Of a stretch of DNA of 48,066 nt, positions 1-7,487 are shown in pieces. The notes beneath the pieces are model-generated. The model was not told where the DNA came from, made no database searches, and saw only the letters and a program-made list of their open reading frames with translations. How positions within the stretch are numbered: the first letter of the stretch is position 1; each line of letters starts with the position of its first letter. The position numbers were made by a program, and so were the translations under genes. Source of the DNA: Elusimicrobiota bacterium (lineage in GTDB: Bacteria > Elusimicrobiota > Elusimicrobia > 2-01-FULL-59-12); NCBI GenBank assembly GCA_038208955.1, contig JBBQYF010000001.1:1-48066 (forward strand), in the 5' to 3' direction.

Positions 1-1
1 G

Positions 2-388
2 CCGATTGTCGACGCGGCGCAACGCGTTGCCGGGTTCATCACGTACCACGATTTGACGGATTTATTTCTGCCGCGTTTTTATGAATTGCTGCGCGACTTC
101 TCCGTTCTCGAGGATAAAGGACAACTGGCCTCGCTATTCAATCAATCCTTCGCCGGTCTCGACCAGCATCAGGAGAAATTGATCCTGGCGACGGACATCA
201 TGCATTCGCATATTCGCTGGATCCGCAGCGACGATTCGCTGATCGAAGCCGCGTCGCACTTGCGCGCGCAGGGATTTCAGCGGCTGCCGGTCGTCGATCG
301 GGATCAGAAGCTCGTGGGCATCATCACCGATTTCGATATTGTCCTAGCGCTGATGCGCGGCAGCGCTTTGCTCACAGCCAAAAGATAG
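2..388 (+). CDS. CBS-domain protein, C-terminal part (5' end lies outside the window)
   Basis: The reading frame is open from the window edge (PIVDAAQRVAGFITYHDL...). The second repeat ends in the typical CBS pattern RLPVVDRDQKLVGIITDFDIVLAL. Confidence 0.6.
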   Translation, partial: PIVDAAQRVAGFITYHDLTDLFLPRFYELLRDFSVLEDKGQLASLFNQSFAGLDQHQEKLILATDIMHSHIRWIRSDDSLIEAASHLRAQGFQRLPVVDRDQKLVGIITDFDIVLALMRGSALLTAKR

Positions 389-439
389 ACTCGCTCGCGC
401 GCATTCCCAGTCTTGAGGGGATGACGGCCAAAAGGTTTT

Positions 440-3400
440 ATGGAAATTCCCCAGTTCGTCCACCTTCATTCGCATTCCGAATTTTCGCTTCTCGATGGCG
501 CTGCGCGGATTACCGACGAGAAAGGGAAGCCCGGCGAACTGCTCAAATGGGTCTCGCAGATGAAAATGCCGGCCCTGGCGCTGACCGACCACGGCAACCT
601 TTACGGCGCGATCGAGTTTTACTCCGCGGCCAAGGCCGTCAACGTGAAACCCATCATCGGCTGCGAAATGTACTTGGCACCCAAATCGCGTTTGGACCGA
701 ACGTCCAGCCGCGGCCAGGAAGACGCCTTTTATCACTTTACCGTGCTCTCGCAATCCAACGAGGGGTACCAGAATCTTCTGAAGCTGTCGTCGATTGGTT
801 TTCTGGAAGGCTATTACTACAAGCCGCGCGTCGATAAAGAAGTCTTGCGCCAATACGGCAAAGGATTAATCGTTCTGTCCGGATGTCTCAAAGGGGAACT
901 CGCCCAAGCGCTTCTGGCGGATAAAGGTGCCGAAGCCTTGAAAATCGTGGGCGAGTATCAGGAGATCTTCGGCAAGGAAAATTATTATCTCGAGCTAATG
1001 GATCACGGTCTGGCGGATCAACGCCGCCTGAACGAAAAACTGCTGGAGCTCTCCAAGCACACGGGAATCAAACTCGTCGCCACAAACGATTGTCATTACC
1101 TGAAAAAAGAAGACGCGCCGGTGCACGACGCGCTCCTCTGTATCGGCACGGGATCGAACCTGGCTGAACCCAACCGCCTGCGCTTCAACGCCGAGGAGTT
1201 TTACTACAAATCAGCCGAAGAAATGCACCAACTGTTCAAGGCTTGCCCGGAAGCCGTCAAGGCAACGCTTGAAATCGCGGAACGCTGCAATGTCGAGATT
1301 CGCTTCGACCAGATGCTCTTGCCGGACTACGACGTTCCCGTCGGTGATTCGCCCGATTCTTATCTTGAAAAGCTCTGCATGGAAGGGCTCGAGAAGCGGT
1401 ACCACTCGACGGCCCATATAGAGCGGCTGCGTTACGAACTCTCGGTGATTCGCAAAATGGGATTTTCCACTTACTTTTTGATCGTTTGGGATTTTGTGAA
1501 TTACGCCCGTAAAAGCAGCGTGCCGGTGGGGCCGGGGCGTGGGTCGGGCGCAGGATCGCTTGTCGCCTATGTTCTCGGCATTACCAATATTTGCCCGATG
1601 GCGTATGGATTGCTCTTCGAACGTTTTCTCAATCCCGATCGTCGCACGATGCCGGATTTGGATATCGATTTCTCCGACGAAGGACGCGACAAGATCATTC
1701 AATATGTGCGCCAAAAATACGGCGAGAAGAGCGTGGCTCAAATCATCACTTTTGGATCGATGCTGGCCAGGCTTGTGGTGCGCGACGTTGGCCGCGTGCT
1801 AGGTTTGCCGCTGCAAGAAGTCGACCGCATCGCCAAGTTAATTCCCCGCGAACTGGGCACGACGATCGAAATGGCGCGCAAAAATGTGCCCGAGCTTCAG
1901 CAGGAGTGCCGAAAAAACCCTGAGATTGAACGGCTGCTGACCATTGCCCAACGCCTCGAAGGTCTCAAGCGGCACACCGGTGTCCACGCCGCGGGCATCG
2001 TCGTCGGAAAAGGTGATTTGACCGACTATGTCCCCCTGGGGAGGGGCTCGAAAGACGTCATCACTACCCAGTACAACGACGAAAGCCTGCTCAAGCTGGG
2101 CATGTTGAAAATGGACTTTTTAGGCCTCCGGACGCTGACCGTCATCGACCACGCATGCCGGCAGATCAATGCACGATACAAGCGCGACTCTCTCCGGTCC
2201 TCCCCTGCGGATTTTGCAGGGGGATCGAACATCGGCTCCCCCTCAGCGTCCGGGGGGAATAACGATAAATGGTTCGATATTGAGAAAATCCCACTGGACG
2301 ACCCGGCCACGTTTAAGCTCTTACAGGACGCGCGCGCGATTGGGGTTTTCCAGTTGGAATCGACCGGCATGCGCGATCTTTTGCGCAAGCTCGCTCCCAG
2401 CCGGTTCGAAGAAATCATCGCGCTGATCGCGCTCTACCGGCCGGGTCCGATGGGCGCCGGGATGCTCGAAGAGTTCGTTAAACGCAAACACAACGCCGCG
2501 ACAATTAAGTATGACCATCCCCTGCTCGAGCCCGTGCTCAAGGAAACCTACGGCGTCATCCTTTATCAAGAACAGGTGATGCAGATCTCCCAAGTCTTCG
2601 CGGCCTTTACGCCGGGCCAAGCCGACATCTTGCGCAAGGCCATGGGCAAAAAGATTCCAGAGGAAATCGAAAAACTCCGCGGGCTATTTATGGAAGGCGC
2701 CAAGGCGAAGAACATTTCGGAGAAAATCGCGCATACGGTTTTCGAACAGATCGTGACCTTCGGCGGCTATGGTTTTAATAAATCGCACAGCACGGCCTAC
2801 GGGCTTGTGTCTTACCAGACCGCCTATCTCAAAGCCAATTTTCCCGTCGAGTTTATGGCCGCCGTGTTGACGAGCGAAATTGGACATAGCGCGATTGGTA
2901 AAGAAGAAGATTCGAAGCTTGTGATATTTCTGGCCGAGACACAGGCCATGGGAATCAAGGTGCTGCCACCGGACGTGCGAAAATCCTTCAGTGATTTTTC
3001 GATCGAAACGCTCCCGGAAGAAGTGGCCCCCGTGAAAGCTCCCGCCGGTAGCACTCCTAAAGCCCGCGAACGCCGGGCGTCATCACGCAAGCCGATGCAG
3101 GGTATCGGGGGCGCCATTCGCTTTGGCCTTCTGGCCGTCAAGAATGTCGGGTCGGGCGCGGTCGATTCGATCGTCGCCGTGCGCCAAGCCGGCGAGGATT
3201 TCGTTTCGCTTCAAGATCTCTGCCAGCGAATTGATTTACGCATGGCGAACCGCAAGGTGCTGGAATCGCTGATTAAAGCGGGAGCCATGGATGCCCTTGT
3301 TGACGATGTGCCGCGTCGGTCGCGTCCGCATCTGCTGGCGCTCGTTGATACGGTGATGGCGCGCTCCGTTAAAATCCGTGACGAGGCTTCGCGCGGACAA

Positions 3401-4132
3401 AGCTCGTTTTTTGAGTGGAAGGAAATGGCCCCTCAGGCCATACCGGTCAAAACGGCCTCCGGAGACATGCCCAAAGTGCCCGAATGGTCGGACCATGAAT
3501 TGCTGAATTTTGAGAAAGAAGTGCTGGGTTTTTATTTGTCGGGACACCCACTGGCGCGTTACCATTCCGAGATGGGACTTTTTGCCAGTCACCGACTGAA
3601 CAAATTACCGCCCGGAGGCAACGCGCAAGTTCGCGTGGCGGGCATGCTGAGCAATGTTCGGCGGCTCGTGACCAAAGCCAAAAAGGAACCCTACGCCAGG
3701 GCGCGCTTTGAGGATATGGACGGGGAAGTGGATCTCGTGATATTTCCAAAAGCCTATGCCGGTGGACTTTCGCAACATCTTAAGCCAACTGAGATGATGG
3801 TCATAACCGGGCGCGTGAATAACAACCTTGAGGGTAGCGCCGAAATTATTGTCGAAGATATGGTGCCCCTGGCCGCCGCGCGCGAAAAGTACGTTAGCGA
3901 GCTGCTGGTGCGCACGTCGCTGTCAACGGGCGAAACGATTCTCCAAGAATTGCGCGACACCTTGGCCCGCCATCCGGGATCCTGCCGCGTCTGCTTGGAA
4001 ATCCCCACCGCCGCCACGGGCCCGATTATCGTCGAAACCGAATTGCGGGTGTCTCCGACCGCGGCGCTTTTCGAAGCGATTGAGCGTCATCTGGGCTACG
4101 AATCCTGGCAAATCACGAGGGTGGGCCGGTAG
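440..4132 (+). CDS. dnaE: DNA polymerase III alpha subunit
   Basis: 1230 aa. N-terminal PHP motif FVHLHSHSEFSLLDGA. Palm/fingers motifs GPGRGSGAGSLVAYVLGIT, PDLDIDF, GVHAAG, YRPGPM, FGGYGFNKSHS. OB-fold C-terminus. Confidence 0.97.
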   Translation: MEIPQFVHLHSHSEFSLLDGAARITDEKGKPGELLKWVSQMKMPALALTDHGNLYGAIEFYSAAKAVNVKPIIGCEMYLAPKSRLDRTSSRGQEDAFYHFTVLSQSNEGYQNLLKLSSIGFLEGYYYKPRVDKEVLRQYGKGLIVLSGCLKGELAQALLADKGAEALKIVGEYQEIFGKENYYLELMDHGLADQRRLNEKLLELSKHTGIKLVATNDCHYLKKEDAPVHDALLCIGTGSNLAEPNRLRFNAEEFYYKSAEEMHQLFKACPEAVKATLEIAERCNVEIRFDQMLLPDYDVPVGDSPDSYLEKLCMEGLEKRYHSTAHIERLRYELSVIRKMGFSTYFLIVWDFVNYARKSSVPVGPGRGSGAGSLVAYVLGITNICPMAYGLLFERFLNPDRRTMPDLDIDFSDEGRDKIIQYVRQKYGEKSVAQIITFGSMLARLVVRDVGRVLGLPLQEVDRIAKLIPRELGTTIEMARKNVPELQQECRKNPEIERLLTIAQRLEGLKRHTGVHAAGIVVGKGDLTDYVPLGRGSKDVITTQYNDESLLKLGMLKMDFLGLRTLTVIDHACRQINARYKRDSLRSSPADFAGGSNIGSPSASGGNNDKWFDIEKIPLDDPATFKLLQDARAIGVFQLESTGMRDLLRKLAPSRFEEIIALIALYRPGPMGAGMLEEFVKRKHNAATIKYDHPLLEPVLKETYGVILYQEQVMQISQVFAAFTPGQADILRKAMGKKIPEEIEKLRGLFMEGAKAKNISEKIAHTVFEQIVTFGGYGFNKSHSTAYGLVSYQTAYLKANFPVEFMAAVLTSEIGHSAIGKEEDSKLVIFLAETQAMGIKVLPPDVRKSFSDFSIETLPEEVAPVKAPAGSTPKARERRASSRKPMQGIGGAIRFGLLAVKNVGSGAVDSIVAVRQAGEDFVSLQDLCQRIDLRMANRKVLESLIKAGAMDALVDDVPRRSRPHLLALVDTVMARSVKIRDEASRGQSSFFEWKEMAPQAIPVKTASGDMPKVPEWSDHELLNFEKEVLGFYLSGHPLARYHSEMGLFASHRLNKLPPGGNAQVRVAGMLSNVRRLVTKAKKEPYARARFEDMDGEVDLVIFPKAYAGGLSQHLKPTEMMVITGRVNNNLEGSAEIIVEDMVPLAAAREKYVSELLVRTSLSTGETILQELRDTLARHPGSCRVCLEIPTAATGPIIVETELRVSPTAALFEAIERHLGYESWQITRVGR

Positions 4133-4171
4133 TATAATCAATCGATAGCAAACAACTTATAGGAGGCATAC

Positions 4172-4693
4172 ATGGACACAGAAACGAAAGGCGTCGTCAC
4201 ATTCAAAGGCAATCCGCTGACGTTGGTTGGAACACAGATTACGGTCGGACAAAAAGCTCCCGATTTCAGCGTGCTGGCCGGCGACTTGTCGCCCGTCACG
4301 CTCGCCTCAAGCAAAGGCAAAACCCGACTGCTCATCGCGGTCCCCTCTCTCGATACGCCCGTCTGCGATACCGAGGCTCGTCGCTTCAATCAGGAAGCGG
4401 TCAAGCTGACGGGCGTCGAAACGCTCGTGATCAGCATGGATCTTCCTTTCGCCCAAGGCCGCTTCTGCCAAACGGCAGGAATCAAGGATTTGAAAACAGT
4501 TTCCGATCACCGCGATGCATCGTTTGGAAAAGCGTACGGCTGTCTGATCAAGGAACTCCGCCTGCTCGCGCGCGCGGTATTTGTCGTAGACGCGAACGAT
4601 ATCGTGCAGTATGCCGAATACGTGAAGGAAGTCACGACCCCGCCGAACTACGACGCAGCGCTCAGTGCCCTAAAGACAGGAGCGGCCCACTAA
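4172..4693 (+). CDS. tpx: Thiol peroxidase (atypical 2-Cys peroxiredoxin)
   Basis: 173 aa. Peroxidatic Cys context SLDTPVCDTE and resolving Cys FAQGRFCQ. AGGAGG Shine-Dalgarno about 7 nt upstream of the ATG. Confidence 0.93.
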   Translation: MDTETKGVVTFKGNPLTLVGTQITVGQKAPDFSVLAGDLSPVTLASSKGKTRLLIAVPSLDTPVCDTEARRFNQEAVKLTGVETLVISMDLPFAQGRFCQTAGIKDLKTVSDHRDASFGKAYGCLIKELRLLARAVFVVDANDIVQYAEYVKEVTTPPNYDAALSALKTGAAH

Positions 4694-4719
4694 AACTTCG
4701 TTCCGCGAGCCGTCGCCCC

Positions 4720-4739
4720 GGAGCGCCGGCGCTCCTTTT
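4720..4739 (+). terminator. Rho-independent terminator candidate after tpx
   Basis: GGAGCGCC/GGCGCTCC GC-rich palindrome followed directly by TTTT, 27 nt after the tpx stop. Confidence 0.6.
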
Positions 4740-4906
4740 GAAGGTGCTGCTTCTAATGCGCAAGTTCACCAAAACGTACGTGTTGCAAATCCTACGGTAC
4801 CGCCAAAAGCGGAATGGGATTGCGTACGGCTCGCATTGGAAAGCGAACCGGGGGGCGAAAATGTAGGGCGTCAGAGGTAGAATACCGAGCGAGTAGGGCC
4901 TAACGG

Positions 4907-5254
4907 ATGAAATCTTTTGCACTATTGATCGTGCTCTTCAGTCTGGTCGGTTGCCAGACAATCGTTACCAAGCGAGACCCGAGACAATTATGCAACGGAA
5001 GTCCGCTACAAAACGAACCTGTATTCCTGTACAGTGGGGCGCGCTGTGATCTGCGCCTGATCCCTTGGGTTTTCACGGAGGGAACAGCAATGTTTTTGAG
5101 CCCTATCGTTGCCACCGCAGCGATTATCGATCTGCCTCTAAGCGCCGCTGCGAACACAGTTATACTACCTTGGAGCATCTACCAGCACGTCAACCGTAAG
5201 CATTGGACGCCACCTCCGGAAGATACCCGAAACATTGGAAAACCAGTCAATTGA
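4907..5254 (+). CDS. YceK/YidQ-like (DUF1375) lipoprotein
   Basis: Lipobox LVGC at the end of the signal peptide. LYSGARCDL and IIDLPLSAAANTVILPWSI resemble E. coli YceK YPGVQWDV...ILDLPFSLVFDTLLLPIDI (from memory). Confidence 0.6.
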   Translation: MKSFALLIVLFSLVGCQTIVTKRDPRQLCNGSPLQNEPVFLYSGARCDLRLIPWVFTEGTAMFLSPIVATAAIIDLPLSAAANTVILPWSIYQHVNRKHWTPPPEDTRNIGKPVN

Positions 5255-5271
5255 CCTAAAACTTGGCGGCA

Positions 5272-5308
5272 CACCTGGGGAACAGCATACTGCTGACACC
5301 CTCAGGTG
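5272..5308 (+). terminator. Long imperfect hairpin downstream of the lipoprotein gene (weak terminator candidate)
   Basis: CACCTGGGG...CCCTCAGGTG with a nested CAGCA-TAC-TGCTG. The T-run (5323-5327) starts about 15 nt after the stem, so this is not a canonical terminator. Confidence 0.3.
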
Positions 5309-5333
5309 ACCGATGTCTGTTCTTTTTGGTTTC

Positions 5334-5397
5334 AAGTTGGCGGAGCCTTTACTGTGAATTCGAACTCATTTCCTTGGAGACCGAGAGCGGAGCGAAC
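5334..5397 (+). repeat. Left arm of the 65-bp imperfect inverted repeat flanking the vapBC cassette
   Basis: AAGTTGGCGGAGCCTTTACTGTGAATTCGAACTCATTTCCTTGGAGACCGAGAGCGGAGCGAAC matches the reverse complement of 6540..6604. By hand alignment, 56 of 65 columns are identical, with one 1-nt indel. Confidence 0.85.
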
Positions 5398-5418
5398 AAA
5401 ATCATATAGGCGTAGAAT

Positions 5419-5820
5419 TCATAGCCAGTGAATTTTTATTTCATTTTCGAGTGCTTTAAATTCGGAATCACCGGTGACTAGCTCGGCTTTTTTTTGCTTG
5501 GCCAATGCTGCGGCAAAGCAATCGGCATAGGATATGCGACCTTTTGCTTTGTATGAGGCCGCTTGTGCGGTTATCTCTTGGTCTGCATCTATGATGCTGA
5601 TATGCATCTGACTCATTAAGCGGGCTATATCTTCGCGTTTATCTTTACCGGCTTCTCGTTCGATGATGTACAGAATCTCACCCCAGTTGATGACAGAAAG
5701 CCACAGTTCACGGTCGTGTTCGGCGGCATCCTTGAGGATATCGCGAACTTTCTCGCCTGCGACTTCGCCTTCAAAAAACGCTAGAAGCGCGTAACTGTCG
5801 AGTACCTTATCTTTTTTCAA
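5419..5820 (-). CDS. vapC: PIN-domain toxin VapC
   Basis: PIN acidic residues occur in VLDSYA, WGEILY, ADCFAAA and TGDSEF. A TTG start at 5820 lies 10 nt after the vapB stop. The 177-aa track ORF would overlap vapB and is not used. Confidence 0.85.
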   Translation of the reverse strand: MKKDKVLDSYALLAFFEGEVAGEKVRDILKDAAEHDRELWLSVINWGEILYIIEREAGKDKREDIARLMSQMHISIIDADQEITAQAASYKAKGRISYADCFAAALAKQKKAELVTGDSEFKALENEIKIHWL

Positions 5821-5830
5821 TTCGATGTTC

Positions 5831-6070
5831 CTACCGCTCTTTATCCTCCAGCCTGAACTCCCGCAATGCGTCAGCGAGCTTGTTGCCTTTGAGAACACCG
5901 CAAGCGCGGTCATAGAATTCCGGCGTTGCGGGGTGAATAATGATGTCACCATTTCGTTCTTCCATATACACGCGTGTTCCCTTTTTCAGGCCAACTTTCT
6001 TCCTGAGTTTGGCAGGGATTACTACCTGCCCTTTGACTGTGACCGTCGACATAGCCACTGGCTGATTCAT
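5831..6070 (-). CDS. vapB: AbrB/SpoVT-family antitoxin VapB
   Basis: TVTVKGQVVIPAKLRKKVGLKKGTRVYMEE is a swapped-hairpin AbrB/MazE-like motif. AGGAGG lies 7 nt upstream of the ATG at 6070. Confidence 0.85.
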   Translation of the reverse strand: MNQPVAMSTVTVKGQVVIPAKLRKKVGLKKGTRVYMEERNGDIIIHPATPEFYDRACGVLKGNKLADALREFRLEDKER

Positions 6071-6539
6071 AGCGTATCCTCCTAAATAGATTACCAAAGC
6101 ACTAATATGTATCATATTATATAATGTAAGTCAAATATAAAATGTACTACTTATATTCGCTTTACTCTTATTGTCGATTTAGGGGTCCAGTAGTCGGCCC
6201 ACTTGGCGAGGGGGGTAACCTTGCCGTTGCGATGGCCGTTGACGTTGAGCCGCGAGAACGTGCCCGAATGGCCAAGGGGGGGTGGGGAGGGGAAGCCCGC
6301 CATGTTTGGCTTTTAGAGGTCGTCTGCCGCTGGCGACGCCGACGCTAGCAGCTGCTCTTGAAGTGCGAGAGGGACGACGTCGGCGGCGACGCCGTTGATG
6401 TGCCGTGGACGTGAGGCGAGAGGATGAGTCTGGGTCAGCCGACCATTAAAAGAATTCCTTTTTTCTTGCGCGAGCGAAATTTGGCGGGCCACCGAAAGAA
6501 CGGAGAGAGGCCGCCGTTATTCATCGGAGCGATTCGGTC

Positions 6540-6604
6540 GTTCGATCGGCTCTCGGCTTCCAAAGAAATGAGTTCGAATTTAACAGTAAAGGCTCCATCA
6601 ACTT
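6540..6604 (-). repeat. Right arm of the 65-bp imperfect inverted repeat flanking the vapBC cassette
   Basis: The reverse complement reads AAGTTGATGGAGCCTTTACTGTTAAATTCGAACTCATTTCTTTGGAAGCCGAGAGCCGATCGAAC; compare 5334..5397. Confidence 0.85.
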
Positions 6605-6623
6605 TACAGGCCTCTTGGGGTGA

Positions 6624-6869
6624 TCACGTTGGTCTTCCGGGAGGCGGATCGCTATTGATTTTTTGATGTCTCAAGTCATCCATCTCGCCTAACCAGCGGT
6701 AGTAGGAGGGGAATTGTTTCCACATGGCTCTTAAGGCTTGAGGATTTTCCTGGCCGTCCGGGAAATAGACTCCATAGGTTTCCTTCCGCCAATGGATATA
6801 CTCGTTCCAGGTTTTCCAAGCGCGAAGGCTCCACCAGCGGGTGGGGAAAAAGCGCAACAGTCGCAACAT
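6624..6869 (-). CDS. Small Trp/Arg-rich hypothetical protein (81 aa), last gene of the operon
   Basis: The ATG directly abuts the TAA of the upstream thioredoxin-fold gene (TAAATG). I cannot name a family for it. Confidence 0.5.
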   Translation of the reverse strand: MLRLLRFFPTRWWSLRAWKTWNEYIHWRKETYGVYFPDGQENPQALRAMWKQFPSYYRWLGEMDDLRHQKINSDPPPGRPT

Positions 6870-7487
6870 TTAGGGTACGCGACAACCCGGAAGGTTCGCG
6901 GGCTCCGGGGTGGGAACGGACTCGACATGTCCGATAATCGTATCCAACGCCTCATCGGCACGGGCCGGGCCGGTTACAGGACCGCGGTAGCGCAGCACGC
7001 CGGCTTCGTCAAAAATTAAGACTTCGGGTGTGGCGGTCAACTTGAGCGCTCGGCGCACGAGTCCCTTGGGATCCGTGACCATTGTTGAGGGGATCGCATT
7101 TTTAGTCAGGAATGCCGCTAGGTTGGCGTTCTCATCGGGCGACGGCGCTAGCGCGACGTAAGCGACGTGCCAGCCGTGATAATTTTCATAGAGTTTACGC
7201 AGAGCCCCGGCCGCTTTTTGATCATCCGCGCAGTTACTCGAAAGAAATTCCACGACAAAAACATCGAGCGGCGATTTAAACGAATAAAGGGCGCGCTCAG
7301 TCCCGCTGGAATCGAGGACGGCTAAGGAATGCGAAAGACTTTCACCAATTAAAAGGGGTTGGTCCGAAGCCTGGACCGTCGTCGAGCTCGAGACGGGGGG
7401 CAGAATTCCTTGGGCCTGTGCGGAGCGAAGCGCGGCGCTCGTGAGAATGATTAGGATAAAACATCCTATTGTTCTCCGCGAAAGCAT
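6870..7487 (-). CDS. Secreted thioredoxin-fold (TlpA/ResA-like) protein with a CxxD motif
   Basis: Signal peptide MLSRRTIGCFILIILTSAALRSAQA. Trx-fold layout VVEFLSSNCADDQ...PEVLIFDEAGVLRYRG. The ATG at 7487 shares 1 nt with the upstream TAA. Confidence 0.7.
   Translation of the reverse strand: MLSRRTIGCFILIILTSAALRSAQAQGILPPVSSSTTVQASDQPLLIGESLSHSLAVLDSSGTERALYSFKSPLDVFVVEFLSSNCADDQKAAGALRKLYENYHGWHVAYVALAPSPDENANLAAFLTKNAIPSTMVTDPKGLVRRALKLTATPEVLIFDEAGVLRYRGPVTGPARADEALDTIIGHVESVPTPEPANLPGCRVP

Noticed and set aside
5821-5952. The long 177-aa version of the vapC ORF, and similarly the 245-aa version of the HAD ORF reaching 9309.
   Set aside because: The extensions overlap the upstream genes extensively and add non-homologous N-termini. 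Internal TTG/GTG starts give canonical domain boundaries.
6181-6300. The reverse-strand peptide PPLGHSGTFSRLNVNGHRNGKV looked like a decayed H-X9-DG prepilin-type C-terminus or an FxGxG methyltransferase motif.
   Set aside because: Each resemblance rests on 3-4 residues, there is no supporting N-terminal part, and the frame is interrupted. I report it only as part of the ORF-less block.
6435-6626. In-frame readthrough of the TGA stop of the small Trp-rich ORF. The frame stays open for 62 more codons (SPQEACKVDGAFTVKFELISLEAESRS...), raising the idea of a selenocysteine codon next to a thioredoxin-fold gene.
   Set aside because: The only nearby hairpin (GTAAAG-N10-CTTTAC, starting 16 nt after the TGA) is weak and AU-rich, unlike bacterial SECIS elements. 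The extension runs through the inverted-repeat arm and is low-complexity and basic. No sel genes are in the window. An open stretch of this length is not rare in GC-rich DNA. It could be revisited with bSECISearch and a Cys-homologue search.
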